64,000 nucleotides of DNA from Octopus vulgaris (GCA_951406725.2 CATOCA020000001.1:1178001-1242000); one strand, 5' to 3'; positions 39,436-53,069 are shown, numbered from the stretch's first letter. A program made the numbers and translations. Notes: a model not told the origin generated them from the letters alone.

Positions 39436-39612
39436 ATGTCTTCGCGCGTGTGTGTGTGTGTGTATATGTTTGTGTGTCTTTGTTTTTCTTCCCAACATCC
39501 CTTGACAACCGATGCTGGTGTGTGTTCGTCCACGTAACTTGGCGGTTCGGCAAAAGAAACCGATAGAATAAGTACTAGGCTTACAAAGAATAAGTCCTGG
39601 GGTCGATTTGAT
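39208..39612 (+). mobile_element. tRNA-derived SINE with internal microsatellite
   Basis: GTAAGTAGCTTGCTTAC..ACCACATGGTTCCGG.TTCAGTCCCAC...GGTAGACGGAAACTGAAAGAAGCCCGTCG...GATAGAATAAGTACTAGGCTTAC; same family as 47832. Confidence 0.9.
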
Positions 39613-39614
39613 CG

Positions 39615-40733
39615 ATGTTTCTTTATCTCTCTCCCCTTAATGCCACTCTCGGTATAAAATTGATCAGTGTGTCCAATCTCATCAAAATCCGAAGAAAAAT
39701 GGTAAGGTAATATCATAAAACAGAATGCATGTGACCATTTACACGAAAATATCCCATTGACATTTAAATCTTAGTACATTATATGAATAACAGATGTTTC
39801 ATACGTCGAAGTGCTTAATTTTGCTCACGGTTCTTCAAAATCAGTCCATTATTTTATTGTGAATGATTTGAGGATTTTTGCTTCTCGCTTGTTTAATTTT
39901 AAATCTTTTACATGTCTCCGACATTAAACTTTCCCTAAAAGTGAAAGCTCATCAAAATCGGATGAATTCTGTAAAAGTTACTGTTTAAAATATTAATCCT
40001 ACGGGTGATTGCATGCAAAAAGCCTATTGATTTCTTAAAATCTCCGCCTCACATGCAGTTATCGATTCTTTGTCAACACTTCATGCTGGCATCAACTAAT
40101 ACACATGAACTATAATCACGTATAAAATTACTACAAAATCGATAAGAATGAGTCCAAGAAAATTCTTATTTCCATTTATACATATTTCAAGCCATTTTGA
40201 ATTAAATAAGTACCTTTACCTTCTCCCCCACCAAACATTTACCTATATCTCAAATTTCCTTAAAATCGGATAAAAAACATGAAATTTACGGCCAAAAAGT
40301 GGTATTTGCACTCTAAACACCTATTGATTTTAGAAAACCACTGCCCTGGGGCAATTAGCGATATTTTTCAACGTCATATGCTGGGATCAACTTACTGCCG
40401 TCAGTAAAAGCTGCAGGATAAATAACATCGTTATGAGAATATGAAAGGTTACCGAACAAACTATTTAAAATGTCGCCATTGTTCTTAAATTACGTTTCAC
40501 TTTTCGTTTGAAAAGAAAGAAAGTGTGGATTATAACAGTGGTCGCTGAATTCCCAAATTTTTCATTAAAAACTTTTTTAAATGCGTCGTTCAAAAGCATT
40601 AGCCAAAGTCGGTACCGATTGGGATAGGGAATGTGAATAAAATCAACACACATTAAAACAATTTTTAAAGAGCTTCCTGCCATCATCTGCAACTTTGAGG
40701 TGAACAAAAAATGGAAAATCCTCACCAGAACGT
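39615..40733. repeat. Second copy of the ~1.1 kb repeat at 2860-3977
   Basis: Colinear shared blocks as listed for 2860-3977. Confidence 0.85.
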
Positions 40734-41242
40734 AGAAAAGGTCTCTTATGAGGGAACGCTGTAGCAAAAGTATACCAAAATATTCTGTTGTGGGATTCGC
40801 TCGGCAACGAAGGGATATTTATCTCGAGTATATGGATATATGCGCATGTGTGTGTAGGGAATGGCGTAGATACAATCCAGGCTACATAATCTTCATAGGT
40901 AAGAGAACCACGAAAGTAGCATATTATCCTAACATGGGGTATACCACAAGCTACTATTCAGTCAAAGGATATCGTGATTATGTGAAGTTTACATTCTCGT
41001 TAGAATCCCCGTGTAAACTTGTTGGGAATTTGATCAAAATGCAAAGAAAGAATAGTTCGGGAGGAAAACAGTTGAGCAGAAGGAAAATGCAAATAAAATA
41101 CCAGAAATCATATGTATAAGAATGAGAACGTTTGTTACTGATTAAGGAGTGTACGAAGACAAGGTTTTATATGGAAATTGGCTGGCGAGTGGCTTTATGC
41201 ACGTATTCCGGGGTCATTCACGGGTCCGTTGTAGGATAGATA

Positions 41243-41307
<65 letters not shown>

Positions 41308-41316
41308 TACATATAT

Positions 41317-41472
41317 ACGTCGGGCTTCTTTCAGTTTCCATCTACCAAATACACTCACAAGGCTTTGGTCGGCCCGAGGCTATAGTAGAAGAAACTCACC
41401 CAAGGTGCCACGCAGTGGGACTGAACCCGGAACCATGTGGCTGGTAAACAAGCTACTTACCACACAGCCACT
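41317..41472 (-). mobile_element. tRNA-derived SINE 5' half
   Basis: Reverse complement of the 39208/47832 head. Confidence 0.88.
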
Positions 41473-41584
41473 ATATATATAATTATGTATAACCATATAT
41501 GTATGTATGTACGTATGTATATATATATATACATGTATGTATGTATATACATATATGTATGTATGTATATACATTTACGTACAT

Positions 41585-41751
41585 GAAGCCCAGTTACAAC
41601 TGCAGCCGGCTATTACCAGTAAAGGTTTTAGTTGCCAATTTGGTACAAGACATTGTAGATCTTTAGCTTGGCTAAAAAGTCACATTCGATCACAGCACCA
41701 GTAACAGTTAAGCTTCGTGCAATGGCCATACTCGATAACGAGGGAGCAGCC

Positions 41752-41757
<6 letters not shown>
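41585..41757 (+). mobile_element. RTE-type LINE 3' end fragment
   Basis: FSCQFGTRHCRSLAWLKSHIRSQH* (decayed C-terminal zinc finger), then CTCGATAACGAG hairpin tail running into (TA)n. Confidence 0.6.
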
Positions 41758-41806
<49 letters not shown>

Positions 41807-41865
41807 TCAAATGTGTGTATTTTGTTTATCTTATATTCATGTTTATATTTATAATTGTACTGTAT

Positions 41866-41990
41866 ACTCTCTGAGGAACCCTGGAGATATATACAAGTAC
41901 CTCATTGTCATCTGCCTATTACCTCAATACACTTGATTAATAAAGGCAGAATGAGATACTTTTATCTATGGGCTGAAACAGCTGCAAGTT
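41866..41990 (+). ncRNA. Hammerhead-like motif with ~95-nt extended stem II
   Basis: CTGAGGA (41871), long interrupted hairpin, GAAAC-AGCT-GCA (41975-41986). Confidence 0.55.
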
Positions 41991-42092
41991 ATTTTACTAA
42001 TTTATATTCATGTTGTTCAATAATTACTTGTATCCTTTTCTTATATGCTATATGTATGTATGTTATTATAATTATGTATGTTATTATAATTA

Positions 42093-45000
42093 GTTTAGTG
42101 TTCGATTCGACAGTCTTCCGGCAGCTGCTGCAACCAAGCTGGTGCCAAACGTAATGCTCTGCACTCTTTGGAATACATCAGCAAGGTCGAGAGAAGAATC
42201 CTGACGATTTGGCTACCCAGGATTTTCTTAATTCTAGCCCAGGCCTGCGCAAAACTGGAGAGGACACTTCAGTGCTGCTGTAAAACGTGGCAGAAAAAAC
42301 ACGGGAGTTAACCGTCATGGGCGATAAGTCCATTAACATTGGCGTCAGATATGGGCACCACGGGACACCTCTGACCGTGAAAGGGACATCCATGTCCCAT
42401 TGGTTAGCTACTGCCTATCTGAAGCTGGGCAGCTCCCAGTTAATAAGTTGCTGACCCGCCACAGGCCGCCTGCTTCATTGGGTGCTTGGAGCTAAGAGTT
42501 TGACTTGAAAACACTTCAAAATTACATAAGGTCGGCACCAGGCAAACAACTAAAAGACAAGAAACCACCAGTCCTACGGTTAGGAAGCTGGAATGTCAGG
42601 GCCATGTGCCCTGGTATATCTGATGATCTACTCAGGGTTGAAGATACAAGAAAGACGGCCATCATTGATCATGAACTAGAGAGGCTTAACATAGACACTG
42701 CTGGGCTGCAGGAGACAAGACTCCCCTCAAACGGCAAACTCAAAGAACAGGATTTCACCTTCTTTTGGCAGGGAAGCGATCCAGAAGAACCTCGAAAGCA
42801 TGGCGTTGGCTTTGCAGTGAGAAACTCATTACTCTCCTCAATAGAACCACCATCAGGAGACACTGAGCGTATCCTCTCACTGCGCCTCTCGACTTCTTCT
42901 GGCTCAGTACATCTACCCAGCTTCTATGCTCCCGCTGTCTACGGCTCAGAGGAGACCAAGTACCAGTTCTACAAAGATCTCAACTGTGTCATTAAAAATA
43001 TACCAACAAATGAAAACATCTACCTTTTAGGGGATTTTCACGCTCGCGTGGGATCTGACCATGATTAGTGGCCCATTTGTGTTGGACACCCTGATATTGG
43101 CAACATGAATGACAATGGTGAGAGACTACTTGAATTTTGCACATACCATAACCTGTGCATCACCAACACATTCTTTGCCAACAAGACATCCCACAAGACA
43201 TCTTGGAGACATTCAAGATCTCACAACTGGCATCAGCTGGATCTCATTATCACACGAAGTTCCTTTCTGAATTCTATTTAACTCACCCGTACTTACCACA
43301 GCACGGATTGTGTCACAGATCACTCACTAATTAGAAGCAGGGTGACGATCCTGCTTAAAAAGTCCATCACTCCAAGAAAATGGGCCGACCACGCATTAAC
43401 ACTGCCAGAACCTCGTACCCTACACTGCGAAAATGTTTTGCTGTTTCTATCAAGTTTGCCCTCAGTAGCTGCCCAACCTCCTCTGCTGAAAGTAGGTGGA
43501 ATTATATCAGGAAAGCTTTGTATACCACATCAATAGATACTTTCGTCATGACAGAAAGGCAAGATCGAGGTTAGTTCAGAGCTGGAACCAGTTATCGAAG
43601 CAAAGCGTGTAGCTCTGATGCAATACAAGAGTGATTCTTCTACAAAATCACTCGAAGAACTCAGAAAGGCAGGAAATATAACCCAACTGACAGTCAGACA
43701 TTGTGCAAATAGGTATTGGCAGGAAATCTGTCAGAGTATCCAGTCAGCTGCTAACAGGGGCGACACCCGTGGGATGTATGCCGGTTTGAAGAAGGCCCTC
43801 GGTCCATCCGCAACCAAGTCAGCTCCTCTGAAATCAACTACTGGAGATCTCATCAAGGACCAAAGGAAGCAAATGGATAGATGGGTGGAGTACTACCAGG
43901 ATCTCTACTCACGGCAGACCACGGTAGCTGAGGTTGCAATCGAGAGTGTCAAGATCTTGCAAGTTATGAGCGAACTTGACAGTCCGCCATCTATAGAAGA
44001 GCTATAGACGCCCTAGAAAGGGTATTGACACCTTAGCAAGTAGCAAATCTCCGGGAAAAGACGGCATTCCCTCAGAGATCATCAAAGCCGGCAAAAACAC
44101 AATCCTGCTTCGGCACCTTCATGAGCTTCTGTACGCTGGGAAGAGCGTACAGTCTCTCAGGATATGCGGGATGCTAACATCATTACGCTTTACAAAATCA
44201 AAGGTGACCGTGGTGATTGTAACAATTACCGTGGAATATCTCATCTATGCACTGTTGGAAGGACCTTTGCTCGCGTTATCCTGTTCAGGCTACAACTGCT
44301 TACTTCTCGAATTTATCCGAAATCGCAGTGTGGCTTTAGAAGAAGCTGATCAACTACTGACATGATATTCTCCATACGCCAACTTCAGGAGAAGTCCAGA
44401 GAACAGAAAATGCCATTATATATGGCGTTCATTGATCTGACAAAGGCCTTTGACTCTGTAAGTAGAAAAGGCCTCTTCATCCTGCTCCAAAAAATCGAAT
44501 GTCCATCAAAGCTGCTGAGGATCATCAAATCTTTCCATGATGATATGCAAGGCACCATACAGCACAATGGATCAACATCAGCCGCCTTCCAAATAAAAAA
44601 CGGAGTAAAGCAAGGTTGTGCCCTTGTTCCTACATTATTTAGCATCTTCTCGTTGCTGCTCTCACATGCCTTTCAGACATCAAATGATGGAGTGTTTCTG
44701 CAGAGTAGAAGTGACGGGAGACTGTTCAGTCTCTCGCGCCTGTGTGGCAAGACCAAAATAAGAAGCGTCCTGATCAAGGAAATGATGCAGCTCTGGTATC
44801 ACACACAGAAGAAGCCCTACAAAGGCTCATCAGCTGTTGTGAGCAGGCATGTAAAGACTTTGGCTTACCTATCAGCCTCAAGAAGACCAACGTCATGGGT
44901 CGGGCTACACCGGACATCCCAAACATACATATTGGAGACCACAGATTACAGGAGGTGGGGAAGTTTTACCTATCTTGGCTCTACCGACACCTACAACCTA

Positions 45001-45790
45001 TCCCTTGATGCTGAGCTCAAAATACGCATTGGCAAGGCAGCTGCTGTGATGACCCAACTCTCTCTCCAAACGGGCATAGGACAACAATAAGCTGACCAAG
45101 AACACAAAAATGAAGATTTACCAGGCATGTGTACTTAGCACTCTACTGTATGGAAGTGAGACTTGGACACTATACACACGCCAAGAGCGTCGCCTAAATA
45201 TATTTCATTTGCGCTGCCTCCGGTAAATCCTTCGCATCAGATGGCATAACCATGTCCCCAACAAAGATGTCCTCAAGCAAGCAGGAATACCAAGCATATT
45301 TGCATTCCTCACACAAAGACGTATGAGATGGCTTGGACATGATAACCTTATGGAAGATGGCAGAATCCCCAAGGACATACTCTACGGAGAGCTTGCTAGG
45401 GGCACTAGGTCTGTGGGAAGACCGTTCTTACGATACAAGGATGTATCCAAAAGGGTTATAAATGCCTGCAACATCAATATTACCAACTGTCAAGCAGTTG
45501 CCAGCAACCGTGGAGATTGTCGACGTACCGTAAAAGAGGAAACTCAAAGGAGTAACAGAGAGAGGAGAAATGGAACTACAAGAAAAGATGTCAACAAGAA
45601 ATTATGACATTACAACCAGCCAGGCAAAGTCTTCGCTACATTTGCGGTGCCTGCCGGAGGGAGTGTTTGTCCAGGATAGGACTACACAGCCACAGCAGGA
45701 GATGTATTAGGATATGAAATGTAAAAACCGGACTAGATTATTTTATGCGCAACTCCATTGTCTCCCGAGACAAAAAGGATGCCAACAACA
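42093..45790 (+). mobile_element. Near full-length RTE-clade LINE (APE plus RT), inactivated
   Basis: LGSWNVRAM, LQETRL, HGVGFAV, LLGDFHARVG; NYRGISHL, FIDLTKAFDSV, GVKQGC, RWLGH..MEDGRIPKDILYGEL. 10-bp TSD ATTATAATTA at 42083-42092 and 45791-45800. Confidence 0.95.
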
Positions 45791-45885
45791 ATTATAATTA
45801 TCAGTTAAACAAATAAATAAGTAAATATTTTTGATGTCCTAATGTTGATGAACCAACTATTGTTCTCCTCCATTTTCTTACTTGC

Positions 45886-45999
<114 letters not shown>

Positions 46000-46950
46000 A
46001 TGTATATGTATGTATGTATGTATATATGAGGGGGCAAAACTATAGGAAAATTTGTTATTCACAATGCACCACAATTTGAAAAAGTTGTAAGTGGTTTTAA
46101 AAAACATTATTTACATACATACCAAACTAGTTTCAACAATATTTTTGATTTATTAATGGCAAAAATTTAAAATAATGAACGAGAAAAACATGTTTCAATG
46201 TTTACAAGTTTCAGTAATATGAAATATGATTTAAATATTCATAACATTCAATAATATAAAAGATGTGGAAGATCTTGTTTGAATGCATAAAATTCAAAAG
46301 ATCGATTAGAAATGTGTATCATCAGAGTTTCGGCCATACAGAGTTAAGAAGGAGAAAAACAAGGGAGTAATGGAGATAGTGGAAAAAGGGAAATCTTTGA
46401 GCACAGTCCCTGTGAATCATTTTCCGTTGAGTGCAAGGACTTTTGCTTGTAACGGCGTTTTTTGGAACTGGATGTGTTTACAATTTTTTCCGTGAACCGA
46501 TCTGATATTTGATTCATTAAATTACAGGTGACGTCTAATTTTTCTGGTGGGCAAGGTTGTGGTTCTGCCTGATTGACTTCCCTGTGGGGGACGGGCATAA
46601 GCCATTCCAGTTGATTGATTCTCTTAAAGCGTCACTTTGTTGTGTTTGCTCAAGTTCGGTTCTGATCAGATGTAAAATTTCAATGATTTATGTGACATCA
46701 GCAACTGGTGTTTATATGGTGGTATTGTATGGCGATTTGGATTTGCTATTTCGAAACCCGCGTTGAAGACTGTTACTAAAGATTTTTGAATTATGTCTGT
46801 TGTATCTCAGTTTTTTATTGTGGAAAAATTGTTTCTTTTTCCTTTTTCTGTTTAGTGTTTAAACAGAGGTGAATAAGAGAGAATGAATTAAACGATATTT
46901 ATTCTATAACACTATCATTGTATATTGTTCAGATGATATAATTAATATAT

Positions 46951-47230
46951 AGCGCATGGCTCAGTGGTTATAACGTGGAGCTTACAATCGTTCTGCGTGT
47001 TGAGTTCTTGAGCAAGACACTTTATTTCGCGTTGCTCCGGTTCAATCAGCAATAAAAATGAGTTGCGACGTCACAGGTTCCAAGTTGTATCGGCAGTTGC
47101 CTCTCCCTTAAATAGAGAGGGGAGGCCGGTATGTATAGGCGACCGCTGGTCTTCCATAAACAACCTTGCCCGGACTTGTGCCTGGGAGGGTAACTTTCTA
47201 GGTGCAATCCCACGGTCAGTCATGACCGAC
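46951..47230 (+). mobile_element. tRNA-derived SINE, different family
   Basis: Head GCGCATGGCTCAGTGGTTA; CORE-like CTTGAGCAAGACACTTTATTTC; tail GGTGCAATCCCACGGTCAGTCATGACCG. Confidence 0.7.
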
Positions 47231-47787
47231 AGGCTCTGAGCTTAATCCTTACCATCTATTGTAGGTGTAAAATATGCTTTTAGGTGAGTATTTCAATAAG
47301 TTCTACATTAGATCATACTATCATTTCATAGACACATGTTCCACCTTTGATGAATGGCAGTGATCACACAAGATATTAACCATATCATCTCATCAATGAA
47401 CTACGGGTGTGATGTATAGACACAATTGCAGGGAAATGGAATAAAGAATGTTGTTGAAACCATTCGCTTATTCCTCATCAGCTATGTATGTATGTATGTA
47501 TGTATGTATGTATGTATGTATGTATGTATGTATGTATGTATGTATGTATGTATGTATGTACCTATCTTTCCTCTTTTAATTGTTTCAGTAAGTTGACTGC
47601 TTTGCAGCAGGAGAATCGAGATCACTAACTATTCTTTTAAACCCTGGTACTTACCCTGTCGGCCGCTTATGTGAAATCGCTAACTGACGAGGAATGAAAC
47701 GCACTAACATAGGTTGTGAAGAAGTAGAGAGTACAAACATAGTCACACACACACACTCGCACCCATAGGTATATTATATAAGTATAT

Positions 47788-47831
<44 letters not shown>

Positions 47832-47834
<3 letters not shown>

Positions 47835-48270
47835 TGCAAAGGTTGTTGTGTGGTAAGTAGCTTGCTAACCAACCACATGGTTCCGGCTTCAGTCCTACAT
47901 GGCATCTTGGGCAAGTGTCTTCTACCATAGCCTTGGGCCGACCAACGCCTTGGGAGGGGTTTGGTAGACGGAAACTGAAAAGATGCCCGTCGTATATATG
48001 TATATATATATACATATATATGTGTGTGTATATGTATATATACACACACATATATATGTGTGTGTGTCTGTGTTTGTCCCCGTAGCATTGCTTGACAACC
48101 GATACTGGTGTGTTTACGTCACCGTCACATAGCGGTTCGGCAAAAGAGACCGATAGAATAAGTACTGGGCTTACAAAGAATAGGTCCCGGGGTCGATTTG
48201 CTTGACTAAAAGGCGGTGCTCCAGCATGGCCGCAGTCAAATGACTGAAACAAGTAAAAGAGTAAAAGAGA
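47832..48270 (+). mobile_element. tRNA-derived SINE, full length
   Basis: Same family as 39208; ends CAGCATGGCCGCAGTCAAATGACTGAAACAAGTAAAAGAGTAAAAGAG. Confidence 0.9.
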
Positions 48271-48284
48271 GAGTAGAGAGTATT

Positions 48285-48700
48285 TGAAAGATTTAGGACT
48301 CTACTCCATGTAGCGAAAACCTGAGAGGTATGTAGTGATATGTGTGGAAGTTACTAGGGAAGCTGGTATCAAACTTTGGAATTCAGAATTATACCAGACC
48401 TCGAATTGGACGTCACTGCACTGTTCCAAATGTCCCGGCTCTCTCATTGAATATTAGGAGAATGTACTGCAATAGTTTGGAGTTCAAGTGCTCACAGATA
48501 TTTAACGCCTTGCCAACACATCTGAGAAGAGGGTGTAGATGTTTCAAGATACAACTTGACCTCTTGCTATCCAAGTGAACCAATATCAGGGCAGTAAACT
48601 CAAAAGACTGCAGCGGTAGCGAACTCCGGCCAATTCCATAAACTCGGCCAGTCAATCGAAAAGTATTTACACTGGTGGGACCCCAGCATCGACACATCCT
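48285..48700 (+). mobile_element. CR1/L2-like LINE 3' remnant
   Basis: LGLYS..., WKLLGKLVSNFGI...RIGRHC...NSLEFK..QIFNALP.HLR...FKIQLD, resembling the C-terminal tail of this LINE group. Confidence 0.65.
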
Positions 48701-48734
48701 TAGGGTTAAAACATATAAAAGAATAAAAGAATAA

Positions 48735-48827
<93 letters not shown>

Positions 48828-48832
48828 TGTAT

Positions 48833-49525
48833 GTTTGAAAATGCAATTTTTAAAGATGTTTATTTACTTGAGCGGTTTCACTCTCTTAGAAAAAGATTGT
48901 CAAAAGTAACATGTAAAAGCTTTGTTGTGTTAGGTACTGGTTGTCTACAATACATATACGCATTCTTTGATAATAATATGAACATTTAAGTTTTATATAA
49001 ATGTACAATGAGGGATATATATTTAGTTTGAACTGACCTAATTCCCCATATTATCGTAAAAGCTTTTACGATAATATGGTGAATCAGGTCAGTTCAAACT
49101 AAACATATCTCCCTCATTGTACATTTATATACTACCAAAATGTAACCTTTTTGAACTTATAATTTTCTGTGTGTGTATATATACAGATACAATACCAATT
49201 TTCCTCTGAACTTTTTAATAATTCTTTCAGTAAACTGTTTTTAACATTCTCTTTTTATTATCAAATAATGTATATATGTATTGTAATATTTTGTACCCAA
49301 TATTTTAATGAAGTTGTCAAATTTCTTTTATATTTTCCCAAGATTTTCATATTCAAGATTAACATATTCTTATTATTATTAAAGAGAGTATATATGTATT
49401 GTAATATTTTGTGACAACCAGTACCTAACACAACAAAGATTTTACATGTTGCTTTTGACAATTATTTCCAAATAAGTGAAACTGGTCAAGTAAATAAATA
49501 TTTTTTCAACATTGCATTTTCAAAC
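48833..49525. repeat. Nested inverted-repeat cassette with a hammerhead-like motif in each outer arm
   Basis: Outer arms 48833-48985 / 49360-49525; inner near-perfect hairpin 48995-49131 centred on AAAAGCTTTT. Confidence 0.9.
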
Positions 49526-49689
49526 CTTCTTTCATATATAATTCCACTCGTGCGGTACCTTACAACTCGAAACATTACGTACGATAGTGGGTCGTAAGTA
49601 ATGTTTCGAGTGTATGGGCGCACGAATAAATCACAGCTTAATAAAGAGCATGTTCATCATATTTTTCCGACATCCTCGGTATTGTGTAT

Positions 49690-50065
49690 TGGGAGATTAT
49701 TCAGGGAGGACGTTTGGGGAAAATGACCGGATCTGTGTTTCGCGAAGTATTGAATTTTTTACGACAACAATGCACCTATCACTTCACCCGTGAGTTTCTT
49801 GCCAAAAACAACATGCTATCGCTTCTGCACCTGCCCTATTCGACATATTTACCACCTGCTGACTCGCATCCGTTTCTGAAGATGAAAAATCAACTCAGAG
49901 GTCGAGATCAAGAGCAAACTTATCATCATTGTCGAAGTCAAGAGGTCCTCGACTCGCCTATGGAAACTAAGTCCAGGCCGGATTTCGGAAAGTGTCAGAA
50001 AAGCTGGGGCAGTTGTATTATTGCTCAGGTAACATGAGTTACTTTTATTAAACATAGCTCGTTCA
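49690..50065 (+). mobile_element. mariner transposase C-terminal remnant
   Basis: TREFLAKNNMLSLLHLPYSTYLPPADSHPFLKMKNQLRG, homologous to 24400-24800. Confidence 0.75.
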
Positions 50066-50230
50066 GAAAATTTATATATACGACGGGTTTCCTTCAGTTA
50101 CCGTGTACCCAATTAACTAACATACACGGGTTTGTTTGGTTTGAGACCAGAGTACACGCAGAAGGACTGAATACAGAAGCAAAATTCTTATCACACAGCA
50201 ATGCCAACGACTAAGCGTATGCACACACAA

Positions 50231-50268
<38 letters not shown>

Positions 50269-50543
50269 AATACACACACATACACAATACACACACACAC
50301 GTATGACGGAAATTGAAAGTGGATTCTACGTGATACATTAATCATTATTGCCGTTTCAACCCGTCTTCAATCGGCCCCTCAGGGATGAGATAATGGTCGA
50401 TTGGCCGCGGTGCATCTTTCTTTGCAGATGTCTCTCATCAGTTAATATTTCAAAAAGTTCTCTGCTCAATAAACTCGGTTTCACTTGGTTCGATTATAAT
50501 GTATTTTGTTAGTTAATACTACTACTACTACTACTACTGCTAC

Positions 50544-50614
<71 letters not shown>

Positions 50615-51984
50615 GTAATTTTAGTACGAATAAGATGAGGAAGAAGAAGAACAAGAAGAAGAAAACAAGAAGAAGACTAAGAAGAAGAAGAGGAAGTAGA
50701 AGAAGGTGAAGAAGAAAAACAAAAACAGAGACAACAACAACAATATTAACAACGAAGAAATCGGTGATGAAGAAAAAATAATATAAGTAAGAAGAAAACA
50801 GAAAAGATGGACAGGCAAAACAATAACAAGAAAATTTGGGAATGAGGATAGAAATGATAATAAAAATATATCAACATAAGTAAAATTATCAGACATACAC
50901 ACAGACACAAACGTACGAGGGACACACCAAACATTATTTTATGTTGTGGACGACTAGCTACATTAACATCCTTCCTAAAGAAATTGAAACGGCATATGCA
51001 GCCATCACACTGGAGAGTTTGACCAAATTGCCCCAGCTGTAGCTCACTGTACAAATAGAAAATGACGACTATCAACTTCAGCACGTCATGTAATTGTAGA
51101 GTTTAAAATAACTCATGTTATTGAATCAGTATCTCAAAAGAGTGAGGATGAATATATTTCTATACTTTCTTTCCTTGAAGTGAGTATAACTCTGCATAAA
51201 TATATATTTCATAATATACCCACCTATAGACACAAATGCAAACAGATATTCACGTGCAATCGTACACTCATACACAAAATGTTAGACATTTATGAAGACA
51301 CATAGAGATACAAACACTCATAGACACCTTCATACACAGTCTTACATGAAAATAGTAGCAGAACATTAGTTAGAGATAGAGAGAGAAAAGGAAGATGAGA
51401 AGACATTAAGTTCCTAGAAAAATTTTGTAAATAAAATAATATCAAAAAACTTTAGCAACTTACATTATCTGTAAACCTGGAAGATTTTGAAAGACTCCTT
51501 GTGGGATGGTTGTGATCTTATTCTTATTGAGAAATCTGAAACATAAAACACAGATCAAAAGAAAAAGTATTAAAAAGATTTCTTATAAAACATTAAATGT
51601 TGTATCTTTAGAATCATATTAATAAAAAGAGGACGGTGAAGGAGAGAATGGCCGAAATGATGATGATGAGAAGGAGGACTGCGATGTTAATCGTAAATGT
51701 TGTAATAATGACGGTGAGAAGGAAAAATGATGATGATTATTATCGAAAACGATGACAAACTCTGCCGATTAATTGGTGATGACGACGTTTATTATTATGA
51801 TGTTCATAACGAAGATGATTATGATTCTGCATGCTCGAAATAGCAGAGTAAATGAGGGAAGGAAATAGTTATGATGACATGATAAAATATAACGATTAGT
51901 GAAAACGAAAATATGATTAGCAGAAGGACTATGAATATGATAGCGTTGAAGATGATACTGATGATGATGATGATGATGATGATA

Positions 51985-52028
<44 letters not shown>

Positions 52029-52788
52029 AACGATGATGATGATGATGATGATGATAACGATGATGAGCAACAACAACAGTAACAACATTAAAACAACAAT
52101 AAGAGAAGTGGCAGAAAATGTCGGAGCTGAAGAAAAGAATGATGTAAAAAATAAGGAGGAAACGAAAGAGTCTGTCATGAAGAAAACTTAAATATAATAT
52201 TTCTGATCTTATAATAATTCTGCTTGTCATTATGTTAATTAGTCCGTCGGTAACGCTTTCTCATAATTAGAGAAAAAGAGGGAGAACGAAAAAGAGCGAA
52301 AGAGAAATGTCCATGACCTGAGGTAGAAGGAACGTGACTGTAATGCTTCACGTGATTAGTTGAATGGAATGAGAGACCAAGAGAAAGAAAAAGGAATGAG
52401 AAAACGATAGTAAGTCGAAGAGTGGGGCAGAAAGAGAGGGAGAGGGAGAAAAGGGAGAGAGAACATATTTATTACATGAAGAAAAAGTTAGTTGAAGGTA
52501 GTGATATTGTGGAGGGTTACGAATATAATATTAGCAGAACGGTGATGTTCTGATGGTGAGAGTAAAGGAAGGCAGATAGGTAGATATATAGATAGATAGA
52601 TAAACTGAGAAAATGAGAGAAAGGGGGAGTGAGCGACGGTGGTAGTGGTGGTAGTGGTGATGATGAGTGCATAATGCAAAGTCACTTTTAAATTGAATTA
52701 AGTGTTTTTTTATCCCTTATCACTTAACACATGCTCATAAATGTCATTCTGTTAAATATTCACACTTATTTACAGTGTCATATGTACA

Positions 52789-52829
<41 letters not shown>

Positions 52830-53069
52830 CAATTAAGAAATATACACATTATAATTAAAAATATATATATTTCAATTAAAATCAAGGTGGACACACAGTA
52901 AATTCCATCTCTGCAAGATCCCGGTTGATGTTGTTACTGCTTCTCATACATTCTGCCGTTGGTTGTGCTTCTGTTACGGTGAGATAGAAATTCGCAGTTT
53001 ACGGTTATTTGATCCTTGTTCCAAAGCTGTGCTTATGAAATAAGCAAATTACAAAATTTGACTGAACAA

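Noticed and set aside
40748-41119. 123-aa ORF in unassigned sequence
   Set aside because: No recognisable motif or splice context; cannot be supported as coding.
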